This document shows positions 17,106 to 25,120 of a stretch of DNA of 32,000 bases, one piece after another. The DNA comes from Candidatus Electronema aureum (lineage in GTDB: Bacteria > Desulfobacterota > Desulfobulbia > Desulfobulbales > Desulfobulbaceae). The DNA is taken from assembly GCA_004284765.1 (NCBI GenBank), contig NQJD01000003.1, forward strand, positions 90,451-122,450. The letters run 5' to 3'. Under the pieces are notes generated by a model. That model made no database searches. It had not been told where the DNA came from and saw only the letters and a list, made by a program, of their open reading frames with translations. A program made the translations under genes and the position numbers. Each line of letters starts with the position of its first letter. Position 1 is the first letter of the stretch.

Positions 17106-18850
17106 AACAGCTCGTTCTCCTTGTAGAGCAAGGCGATAGTCCGGTCATCATGATTGCCCGGCGACCAGAAAGAAAGCCAGTTCATCAAATTGGCAGCAGT
17201 TTTTCCTGATTCAGCAGACAGCTGGTTTTGAATCGTTTTTTGCCAGAATTGATCCCAGCACTCGCTTTGGCTCAACCTGTGATCGGTTTCAAAAATCGGA
17301 TCCGTGATTCCGTCTGTAAGCAAAATCAGCGCGGTCATCGTATCAAAAGACGCAAAGGATATCCGCTGCATGATATCTTCACCGTTATTAGCCTCTGGAT
17401 CGAGAAAACGGGTCTGTCCTGCATATTCGCCGCTGTCAGCCTGCCCTAACAGCGTTACTGAGCGACCTTCTTGATATACAGCCATGCCACCGTCGCCGAT
17501 CCAATATCCGACCACGAAATGTTTGCCTTTTATCTCTCTATGGGCTGCCAGCAATAGCGTAGCATAAAAATCACGAAACTTGCTCTCTTCTTTTTTACTG
17601 GTCTGATGAATGGTATTGATTGCAGCGTAAACCGCTTGGCTAAATACAGTATAGAGCTTCTGTCTGAGTAGCTTTGCTGTCTCATCTGATTGGCCCGCCT
17701 GTTCCCAAGCAGATACGGCCTCAAAGAGAGCATCGTTGTGCTCCGTCAGCTTTTCCGCCAGCAGTTTTGACGATTCCTGCACTGCTATCTTGGCACCTTC
17801 TCTGGAATACTGACAGCTACCTGCGCCATCAGACACAGCAAGAATATGCCATTGTTGAGGATGCTTGCCAATCAGAGCAAAATCATCATCCCGGCATTTT
17901 CCTTCATGGGCATGGGACCTACCTCGCTTGCTCGCGGCGACGAGCTTCCAGCCGTTCTGTCCGTCCTCCTCGTGGGCATCCTCATCCTTTTTCCAGAATT
18001 TCACGCTGGTATCTGAAGGAATATCTTTCCATAACGATTTCGGATCATGATTCACCACAAAAGTGTGGTAAGCGAAACCACTGCCACCCGTGGTTAAGAT
18101 ATAGGTGACTTTAAATTTGAATTCTCCCGGTTTGGATGGTGTTCCGCTCAGGCATTGCGTTTCGCTGTCATAGCAGACACCAGCCTCTTCCGTGCCTTCA
18201 ATTTTGGTGACTTTGCTGAATTGGCCACCATTATGAAAAATCTTCTCAGAATACCATGTATTGACCATTGCATTTGGAATTATGAGCATCATTCTTGTTT
18301 GATGTGAATCATGATTCATCTGTAGATTCTGAGTCGGCATGTCTATTTCGTGTACATTGCGTATTTTTTCATAATTTCTATCATTAGAAATGATAGCTTT
18401 TTCTATCCCTGTTGTTTCTGTATCATTTGTATTTTGTTCATCTGCACGTAGGGGAAGAAAATCTTTTGCCCCTACATCGGCCCGGCATAGCTCAATTCGC
18501 GGCTCATGCAAGAGGTCTATTGTAATGCGTTCTTGCTCTATTTGCTTTTCATCATCAATCGACCTGTGTTCAGATTGGCTTTTATCCACCACCAGCATAA
18601 CAGCATCTTTATCTCCATCTTCTATAGCTGGCTCGCTTATTTTTTTTACGGCATCATCAGTCATCTGTTTGTTCTCTTTCCAGCTGCACCACTTTTTAAA
18701 GATATCTTCTGAAATAACCCTCAACTGGGCAAGAATATCTTCGCCTGCAAACTGACATAGTTGATCAGGTAAAGGATGCTCATCATAGATTACTAACAGT
18801 TCTCGGCAGATTGAATGGAATACCTTTTTTTCCTCGCCCGCATCTTTCAT
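17102..18850 (-). CDS. PP2C-family protein phosphatase with a long N-terminal extension
   Basis: The C-terminal ~280 aa carry PP2C_2-like motifs (ASKRGRSHAHEGKCRDDDF, LAVSDGAGS, YWIGDGG, LLTDGITDP). The N-terminal ~300 aa are acidic and include an Ig-like segment (SGTPSKPGEFKFKVTY). There is an ATGA overlap with the upstream vWA gene (18847-18850). Confidence 0.7.
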   Translation of the reverse strand: MKDAGEEKKVFHSICRELLVIYDEHPLPDQLCQFAGEDILAQLRVISEDIFKKWCSWKENKQMTDDAVKKISEPAIEDGDKDAVMLVVDKSQSEHRSIDDEKQIEQERITIDLLHEPRIELCRADVGAKDFLPLRADEQNTNDTETTGIEKAIISNDRNYEKIRNVHEIDMPTQNLQMNHDSHQTRMMLIIPNAMVNTWYSEKIFHNGGQFSKVTKIEGTEEAGVCYDSETQCLSGTPSKPGEFKFKVTYILTTGGSGFAYHTFVVNHDPKSLWKDIPSDTSVKFWKKDEDAHEEDGQNGWKLVAASKRGRSHAHEGKCRDDDFALIGKHPQQWHILAVSDGAGSCQYSREGAKIAVQESSKLLAEKLTEHNDALFEAVSAWEQAGQSDETAKLLRQKLYTVFSQAVYAAINTIHQTSKKEESKFRDFYATLLLAAHREIKGKHFVVGYWIGDGGMAVYQEGRSVTLLGQADSGEYAGQTRFLDPEANNGEDIMQRISFASFDTMTALILLTDGITDPIFETDHRLSQSECWDQFWQKTIQNQLSAESGKTAANLMNWLSFWSPGNHDDRTIALLYKENELL

Positions 18851-19902
18851 CCTAATGACCTCACGATATCAACACGTTCATTTTTTTCCATCGGCACCAT
18901 CTCAAGATGCTGCTTGCACCAAGGACATTGCGCTCGTACTGCGCCATCCACGCAAAACAAGCGTCCGCATGAACAGAGGCCAAGAGCGGAAGGATTACCG
19001 CAGCAAGGACAGCTAGCTTGGCCGAGCAAATTATTCAGATCGACGTTCGCCTCGATTTCATTCACGGCGACAGACCAGTCAAAATACGTTTCGTCAATCA
19101 GATAACAGCCTGTCAACCGATAGCAATAGCCATTGTCTCCACTTTCCCGCAGCTCGGCGGCGGAAGAAAAAAAAATGCGCTCATATTTAAGCAAATAAGG
19201 CGTTCCGCGCTGCTGACAGCGACCAACAAAAATGGCAAAATTTTCATCAGAACTATGCGCATCACCAGCAAAAGACAAAATCCGCTCGGCCTTTTCAAGC
19301 GATATGGGCTGATTTTGTTCTCCGCGCTGCTGCACCATGATGCTTCGCGATTTCACTGACATACTCATCCAGTCGATAAAACGGGAAAAATCCGCATTGT
19401 TTTCTCCACTGTAGGTCAGGACGTGATCCGCAAAGCGAGATAAGGTGCCGGAAGCAGCGTATTTGCCCAAACCGATTGCAATGAGCATCACCCGGCCTGC
19501 ATATTTGCTTTTCCATGCCCTGATAGCTTCCTCGCAGTCGTCTGTGGGCTTGCCGTCGGTCAGTAAATAAACCAAAGGCTTCCAGTCTCCTTTGCGTTCC
19601 CGCGTGGTTGGCTGAACCTGCATATCTATTTCCCGCATCAGGTGTGTCAAGGCTCTGCCCAGCGCAGTACCAGAACCCAAGGGCAGGCGCGGCGGATAGA
19701 AAATCGGCAAATCCACAAGCGGAACCAATGTTTTCACTTTACCGGCAAAGGCGACAACCGAAAGAAAAACCGTTTCCAAGGCATGAGGGTCTTGGCGCAG
19801 CTTGGTGATGAGCTGATCAAGCCCCTGTTCAAGATACTGCAAAGGCTCTCCGATCATGGAGTCTGAAACATCAAGCACGAGAAAAATTGGCAGACGGCGC
19901 AT
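18847..19902 (-). CDS. terY: vWA-domain protein with a C-terminal Cys-rich TerY-C-type metal-binding domain
   Basis: The MIDAS motif is LDVSDSM...GSGTALG...LLTDGKPTD. The C-terminal cysteine cluster is CPCCGNPSALGLCSCGRLFC...CPWC. GGAGGAG lies 5 nt upstream of ATG 19902. Confidence 0.75.
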   Translation of the reverse strand: MRRLPIFLVLDVSDSMIGEPLQYLEQGLDQLITKLRQDPHALETVFLSVVAFAGKVKTLVPLVDLPIFYPPRLPLGSGTALGRALTHLMREIDMQVQPTTRERKGDWKPLVYLLTDGKPTDDCEEAIRAWKSKYAGRVMLIAIGLGKYAASGTLSRFADHVLTYSGENNADFSRFIDWMSMSVKSRSIMVQQRGEQNQPISLEKAERILSFAGDAHSSDENFAIFVGRCQQRGTPYLLKYERIFFSSAAELRESGDNGYCYRLTGCYLIDETYFDWSVAVNEIEANVDLNNLLGQASCPCCGNPSALGLCSCGRLFCVDGAVRAQCPWCKQHLEMVPMEKNERVDIVRSLG

Positions 19903-19937
19903 TGCATCTCCTCCAGCAACGATGTTGTTTAGCGGAA

Positions 19938-20576
19938 TTAGATCACAATCTGGATTTCAGCGGGGGGCGGTGGTAACACATCCGCAGAACCAGCACCGAT
20001 GCTGGAGCTTCTCATCTCTACGCTGGCTGAAACCCACTTGAAAAAGCTCGAAAAGGCCGTGCTGTCCGTGGTGTCAAGGCTGACAATCGTGTCAGTTAGC
20101 TTGCGCAGCTGGTCAATTTTGGCCTTGGGGCCAGCAGCGCAGGCGATGATTCTGCCGAAATGGCAATTTTTTATCTGCGGCAGTATCTCATCATAGCGGG
20201 CAACGTCTGACGGACTGCCGTCAGTCATCAAAAAAAGCATGGGCCGCCAGTCACCTTTGCGCTCGCTGGTGCTGGAAATGATGTCTCGTTTTGTCCGCTC
20301 AACAATCAGGGCCAAAGCCTCGCCGGTGTAGGTCGGTCCTGACCGAGGGCAGATGATCTCCCCGATTTGTACCTGAGATAGCGGTGTCAGCGGAAATAGC
20401 TCTTTAACCTCAATATCAAAGGTGATAACGGACAGATGTACAGAGTCAAGCGCGTGCGGGTCCTGCCGCAACGCAGTGAGCATCGCCTGCAATCCGACAT
20501 TGACAGACTGAATCGCTTCTCCGTACATGGAACCTGATGTGTCAATGGCAATATAAATCGGCAATCTGCGGGACAT
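19938..20576 (-). CDS. terY: TerY-type vWA-domain protein
   Basis: A 212-aa ORF with MIDAS motif IDTSGSM...TYTGEAL...LMTDGSPSD and the PPPP-containing C-terminal tail typical of TerY. AGGAG precedes the ATG. Confidence 0.8.
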   Translation of the reverse strand: MSRRLPIYIAIDTSGSMYGEAIQSVNVGLQAMLTALRQDPHALDSVHLSVITFDIEVKELFPLTPLSQVQIGEIICPRSGPTYTGEALALIVERTKRDIISSTSERKGDWRPMLFLMTDGSPSDVARYDEILPQIKNCHFGRIIACAAGPKAKIDQLRKLTDTIVSLDTTDSTAFSSFFKWVSASVEMRSSSIGAGSADVLPPPPAEIQIVI

Positions 20577-20625
20577 ACTTACTCCTGTGGGCAGTACGGG
20601 TAGATAAAATCAACTAGCAATTCTG

Positions 20626-21426
20626 TTACCTTGTCACCGGATACATGCTGGTGTTAAATGCTCCCAGACGTTTGTACACTTCTTCGGTCGGAGCAATCCA
20701 CACCATGCCGGGGCCTGTAAAGGTCTGAAGCAGCCCTTCGCCGCTGGTCGCGGATTGGAGAAAACTTTTTCCAGATTTTTCCGCACGAAATTCAACGCTG
20801 GCAGTTCTGGCAAAGGCAAAACTGCCATCAACGGAGAGTTTTTCTCCTGATTTCAGTTGATAAATCAACAACTCGGCAGTAGGCACCGGTGAAACCAGCA
20901 CAACTACACCTGTGCCTTTGATCTGGGTCTGAAAAAGCCCTTCTCCGCCAAACAGCGCACTGGAAACATTCCCTTGCATCTTAGCCGTGACTTCCAAATC
21001 AGCCGAAGCGCAATAGAATGCACCTTTATCAACAATCAGTCCATCTTCCTCAATATTGAATAATGAATAATGCCCGAAAGTCGGTTCTAAATAAACTTCG
21101 CCGCTACCTTTAATTCGAGATTGAAACAGCGTTTCTCCGGTGGTGAACTTACGCATCAGACCTTTGCTCAGTCCCTGTTGTATATCAGATTTCAGCTGCA
21201 AGTCACCTTTCATGAAATAGAGCGCACCCGGTTCTATCAGGATTTCACTCCGTTCAAGCGTGACGCGGATCATTTTAAGATGGATATCAGCCTTGTTGGC
21301 AAAAAATACCTTTTCCGCCACATAGAGATTGTCCGATCCTTTGAGAGACTTGTACTGCACAACTTCAAACTTTGCCCCTGGAATCTGTTCTGTTTCGACA
21401 ACTTCAAATATATCGGATTCATTCAT
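20626..21426 (-). CDS. AIM24 (DUF124/TIGR00266) family protein
   Basis: It has the threefold internal GE..F signature of the family: TGETLFQSRIKGSGEVYL, FGGEGLFQTQIKGTGVVVL and SGEGLLQTFTGPGMVWI. Confidence 0.75.
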   Translation of the reverse strand: MNESDIFEVVETEQIPGAKFEVVQYKSLKGSDNLYVAEKVFFANKADIHLKMIRVTLERSEILIEPGALYFMKGDLQLKSDIQQGLSKGLMRKFTTGETLFQSRIKGSGEVYLEPTFGHYSLFNIEEDGLIVDKGAFYCASADLEVTAKMQGNVSSALFGGEGLFQTQIKGTGVVVLVSPVPTAELLIYQLKSGEKLSVDGSFAFARTASVEFRAEKSGKSFLQSATSGEGLLQTFTGPGMVWIAPTEEVYKRLGAFNTSMYPVTR

Positions 21427-21602
21427 ACTATTTCTCCTCTGTTTTTCCTGATGCTCTCATTGCTGATGGAATCTTGTTCATGATTATTTCAATTGAACCT
21501 CACATTTTATCCTGCGTTGCGTGTTAGTTCGACCGTAGGGAGAAATCTAAACGGCAAACATCTTTCTTCAACCCAAAAACACTGTAACCGTGCCGCCGTA
21601 GA

Positions 21603-22241
21603 TCAGGCAACAATATTAATCTCCGGTGGAGGCGGCGGGAGTTCATCCAGCTTGGACAAATCTTTTTTGCTCAGATCGATCTTATGACTGCTGGTGCTGA
21701 CGCTGGCGGAAATCCATTGGAAAAATTTTTTGATTGTTGCAGAATCAGCCGTGTCAAGTTGCACAACAATGTCTGATATTTCTTTCAGCACGCTGAGATC
21801 AGCATCAGCACCGGCAGCGCAAGTAATAATCATGCCGGGTTTGCTTTTTTTCAGCTCCTCCAGACTTGGCCGCCAGTCATCCGTAGGCGAACCGTCGGTC
21901 ATCAAAAAAATCAACGGTTTCCAGTCGCCCCGACGTTCAGGGGTGGTTTTGATAACTTCGGTATTAATTTTTTCAGCGGTCAGTTTCAGAGCCTTGCCCA
22001 GCGAGGTAACACCCTGCGCTTGAATATCAGGAGGCTGAAAACTGACCACATCGGTCAGCGGAACTAACTGTTTGGCATCAGTGTTGAAGGTGATAACACT
22101 GATAAAAGCAGTTTCCAAAGCATAAGGGTCTTGCCGCAAGGTTGAAGCAAGTACCTGAACTCCATTTTTTACCGCTTCAATGGCCTCGCCAGTCATTGAA
22201 CCAGAATTGTCAAGCACAAGATACACAGGAAGTCGTCTCAT
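21603..22241 (-). CDS. terY: TerY-type vWA-domain protein
   Basis: A 212-aa ORF with MIDAS motif LDNSGSM...GVTSLG...LMTDGSPTD and a PPPPPE tail. It is a clear paralog of 19938..20576. Confidence 0.8.
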   Translation of the reverse strand: MRRLPVYLVLDNSGSMTGEAIEAVKNGVQVLASTLRQDPYALETAFISVITFNTDAKQLVPLTDVVSFQPPDIQAQGVTSLGKALKLTAEKINTEVIKTTPERRGDWKPLIFLMTDGSPTDDWRPSLEELKKSKPGMIITCAAGADADLSVLKEISDIVVQLDTADSATIKKFFQWISASVSTSSHKIDLSKKDLSKLDELPPPPPEINIVA

Positions 22242-22275
22242 TTAATCCTCTTAACTTAAGTAGTTATTGGTTCTC

Positions 22276-22304
22276 ATGATGCTGCTCTATTCAAGCAGCA
22301 TCAT
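22276..22304 (-). promoter_or_regulatory. Intercistronic 10-bp perfect stem-loop between terD and terY
   Basis: ATGATGCTGC (22276-22285) pairs with GCAGCATCAT (22295-22304) around a 9-nt loop. It starts 23 nt after the TerD stop. No U-tract follows on the transcribed (minus) strand. Confidence 0.4.
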
Positions 22305-22326
22305 ATTTATTTCGAAAACATGAAAA

Positions 22327-22914
22327 TCATCCCGCATTGAGTCCGTAGGTTATGCATGCAGCACCAAGACCTCCTGCATATCCTTGACCAACTGCTGTAA
22401 ATCTCCACTCTCCGTCTTTTTTATACAGCTCTCCAAAGACCATCGCTGTTTCTGTCGAATAATCTTCAGTCAGATCAAAACGAACAACCTCTTGGTTATT
22501 TTCATCATTAACAACGCGGATAAAGGCGTTGTTCACTTGGCCGAAATTCTGGCGGCGGCGTTCAGCATCATAGATTGTGCAGACCACTGCCATTCTTACA
22601 ACATCCGGGGACATGCTTTCTAACTTGCCGAGATCAACTCGGATGACCTCATCGTCACCGTCTCCACCGCCAGTCAAGTTATCGCCCATGTGTTCAACCG
22701 CGCCGTTTGCTCCTTTGAGGTTATTGTAAAAAATAAAATCCTGCTCACTGCGGGCTTTTCCCGCTGCATTCAGAAGAAAAACCGAAGCGTCGAGATCAAA
22801 ATCAGTGCCGTCAGTTGCCCGCTCATCCCATCCAAGCCCTATAAAAATCTTTGTAAGTCCGGGAGATTCTTTTGACAAAGATATTCTTCCGCCTTTTTCC
22901 AAGGTAATGCCCAT
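22327..22914 (-). CDS. terD: TerD-family stress protein
   Basis: A 195-aa ORF reading MGITLEKGGRISLSKE...IGLGWD...DFDLDASVFLL. It carries the canonical Ca2+-binding loop GDNLTGGGDGDDE. Confidence 0.9.
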   Translation of the reverse strand: MGITLEKGGRISLSKESPGLTKIFIGLGWDERATDGTDFDLDASVFLLNAAGKARSEQDFIFYNNLKGANGAVEHMGDNLTGGGDGDDEVIRVDLGKLESMSPDVVRMAVVCTIYDAERRRQNFGQVNNAFIRVVNDENNQEVVRFDLTEDYSTETAMVFGELYKKDGEWRFTAVGQGYAGGLGAACITYGLNAG

Positions 22915-22951
22915 GATTATACCCTTTGGTTATTGATAAAGAGAATGAATT

Positions 22952-23536
22952 CTACAGTGAATGCGAGATTATCGGCATAAGATCGTTGAAGGTTCTTCCA
23001 GCTCCCCATTCTCCAATAGCCTTGAATTTCCATTCACCGTTATGGCGATATAGTTTAGCGATAACGAGACCTGTTTTACTTCCACCTTCCACGCTAAGGT
23101 CATATTTTGCAATTATCTTGCCGGTCTTGTTATCCTTCAGAATGCAGAACGCATTGGGAACACCGTCAAATGAATCATTCAAGAAACTATTGACGGTAAA
23201 CATTAAGGTGCTGATGTTGCTTGGCACGGCGTTGAGCCGGACAAGAATTTCCTCATTGGGATCATCCGCCTGTCCTCCTCCGCTCCGATCATCTCCGCTG
23301 TGCGACACGGAGCCGTCCTTGCTTTGAAGCTGCCGAAACCAAACCGCATCTTTTAAGATTTTTTGTTCGTCAAATAAGAGACATGAGGCATCCAAGTCAA
23401 CATCCACCAATTTGGAAAGACCCAAGAAGCCTTTTTCTTTTCTCTGGCCCCAGCCTAATCCCAACACGGCATCAGTTAAATGGGGAGCCTCTTTTGCCAA
23501 TGAAATATTCGCACCTTTGGAAAGATTGATCGACAT
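22952..23536 (-). CDS. TerD-family protein (divergent paralog)
   Basis: A 194-aa ORF reading MSINLSKGANISLAKE...LGLGWG...DVDLDASCLLF. The Ca-loop region has diverged (GDDRSGGGQADDPNEE). AAGGAG lies upstream of ATG 23536. Confidence 0.85.
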   Translation of the reverse strand: MSINLSKGANISLAKEAPHLTDAVLGLGWGQRKEKGFLGLSKLVDVDLDASCLLFDEQKILKDAVWFRQLQSKDGSVSHSGDDRSGGGQADDPNEEILVRLNAVPSNISTLMFTVNSFLNDSFDGVPNAFCILKDNKTGKIIAKYDLSVEGGSKTGLVIAKLYRHNGEWKFKAIGEWGAGRTFNDLMPIISHSL

Positions 23537-23560
23537 AGCAGCACTCCTTTTGTAGTTGAG

Positions 23561-23881
23561 TTATTTGATCGCGTTGACTGTAATGATTATTCTTCCTAAT
23601 GTTATTTTGCTCCCATTTTTCAACAGGGTATTTTTTTTATTCATGTAATCAGTGTAAGTTATCGCCTTGTCTTTAAAAGAAATTTCTCCAACAACAGAAG
23701 AAAAACCATTTGTCGCTGGAAGATAAATATCCGCCTCTTGAGAACTACCAATAATGATTGGCCTTTTCCCTAAACTTACTGTAGATTTCTCATTTTTTTG
23801 CCATTCTATTTCTAACCATGCTTCTTTGAAGAAATCTTCGCTTAAATCAATCATTAATCCAACAAAAAAACCTATTGCCAT
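23561..23881 (-). CDS. Small protein with a short hydrophobic N-terminus and an FHA-like domain
   Basis: A 106-aa ORF and the first gene of the operon. The FHA-like pattern is VSLGKRPIIIGSSQEADIYLP...SSVVGEISFKDKAITYTDYMNKKNTLLKNGSKITLGRIIITV. An in-frame stop lies 9 codons upstream of the ATG, so the ORF cannot be longer. The gene is very AT-rich. Confidence 0.45.
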   Translation of the reverse strand: MAIGFFVGLMIDLSEDFFKEAWLEIEWQKNEKSTVSLGKRPIIIGSSQEADIYLPATNGFSSVVGEISFKDKAITYTDYMNKKNTLLKNGSKITLGRIIITVNAIK

Positions 23882-23971
23882 TGCGCCTGTAATTCTTTCT
23901 ATTCCTTCTTTAACATACTGTGAATTTGAGAATCATTATCAGTAAATAATATAAATTTATTGATGATTACT

Positions 23972-23999
23972 AAAAATAATACGAATTATTTAATTGTCA
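23972..23999 (-). promoter_or_regulatory. Candidate sigma70-type promoter of the Ter operon
   Basis: The minus strand has TTGACA (23999-23994), a 16-nt spacer and TATTTT (23977-23972) in a strongly AT-rich tract. It lies about 90 nt upstream of ATG 23881. Confidence 0.3.
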
Positions 24000-24235
24000 A
24001 TAAAAATATACCTTATTCTCTCCTTTTTTCTTCACTCGGAGAAGTCTAACCGTCTACCGCCTGCTGGGTAGCTTTGCAACGTGATAGAGTTTTTTCGTTC
24101 CAATACCAGTGCGTTAGAACAAAATCATGCTGCTTCAGATAAAAATTAATGCGGACATTCCCATGCTGGCATATAGTAAGCAACAGAGCAATCAATGGTT
24201 GCGGACTAAGCTGCGGACTAATCGGCCTTATTTTG

Positions 24236-24263
24236 TTGCATATCCCGCCTCTGTAGGTATAAT
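24236..24263 (+). promoter_or_regulatory. Candidate sigma70-type promoter of the pssA operon
   Basis: TTGCAT (24236-24241), a 16-nt spacer and TATAAT (24258-24263). It lies about 80 nt upstream of ATG 24344. Confidence 0.4.
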
Positions 24264-24343
24264 TCGCTGCATACGACAGGCCGACATTGTGCGCTTTCGG
24301 CCTGCTTCCCGTCTTCTGATTTCTCTTGCCATCGAGTCGCGTT

Positions 24344-25117
24344 ATGGAATTGCCTCAGCCCAATCGCTCTTTTTTACTGCCTTGCACCCTGACTATTGCC
24401 AGTCTCTTCAGCGGCTTTTATTCAATGGTCGCCTCGATCAACGGCCATTTTTACGCAGCAGCCGTGGCTATCATCGTAGCAGCCATCTTTGACGGATTAG
24501 ACGGCAGAGTGGCCCGCATGACCGGCTCCACCTCTGGCTTTGGAATGCAGCTTGACTCGCTCTGCGACATGGTTTCCTTTGGTGTGGCTCCAGGCCTGCT
24601 TGCCTATCTTTGGGCATTGAAGCCCTATGGTCGCTACGGCTGGCTAGCCGCTTTTCTCTACGTTGCCGCCACTGCCCTGCGCCTAGCTCGCTTCAACACC
24701 TTAGCTACTGCCCCGCCTCCGCCAGACAAGCATAAGAGCTACGATTTCGTTGGCCTGCCTTGCCCTGCCGCTGCCGGTGCCGTCGCCACTACGGTGATGT
24801 TCTTCCGGTTCCTCGGGGCGCAGGGTACAGTGAAGCATATTCCAATCCTGCTGCTGGTCTATCTACTTTCATATCTGATGATTTCCTCGCATCGTTACCT
24901 GAGCTTTAAGAAAGTTCACATTCCCCGCGAGCGACGTTTTCAGGCGGTAGTCGGTATCATTTTGGTTATGATGTTCCTCGCCTCTGAGCCGCCTGTGACG
25001 CTGTTCGTCACCGCGCTTTGCTATGCCGCTTCTGGGCCGCTGCTGGAGTTGTATCAGATGGCAAGAAGCAAGAAGGCGCAGGAACCACCGCCGCCTGATG
25101 CAGGCGCGTCCGCCTAA
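24344..25117 (+). CDS. pssA: CDP-diacylglycerol--serine O-phosphatidyltransferase
   Basis: It has the CDP-alcohol phosphatidyltransferase motif DGLDGRVARMTGSTSGFGMQLDSLCD and a polytopic profile. The track start, 24326, is TTG. The first ATG is 24344. Confidence 0.8.
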   Translation: MELPQPNRSFLLPCTLTIASLFSGFYSMVASINGHFYAAAVAIIVAAIFDGLDGRVARMTGSTSGFGMQLDSLCDMVSFGVAPGLLAYLWALKPYGRYGWLAAFLYVAATALRLARFNTLATAPPPPDKHKSYDFVGLPCPAAAGAVATTVMFFRFLGAQGTVKHIPILLLVYLLSYLMISSHRYLSFKKVHIPRERRFQAVVGIILVMMFLASEPPVTLFVTALCYAASGPLLELYQMARSKKAQEPPPPDAGASA

Positions 25118-25120
25118 ACG

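Noticed and set aside
24127-24492. The 121-aa plus-strand ORF upstream of and overlapping pssA
   Set aside because: It overlaps the predicted pssA promoter and the pssA coding start in another frame. It has no SD and no recognisable motifs.
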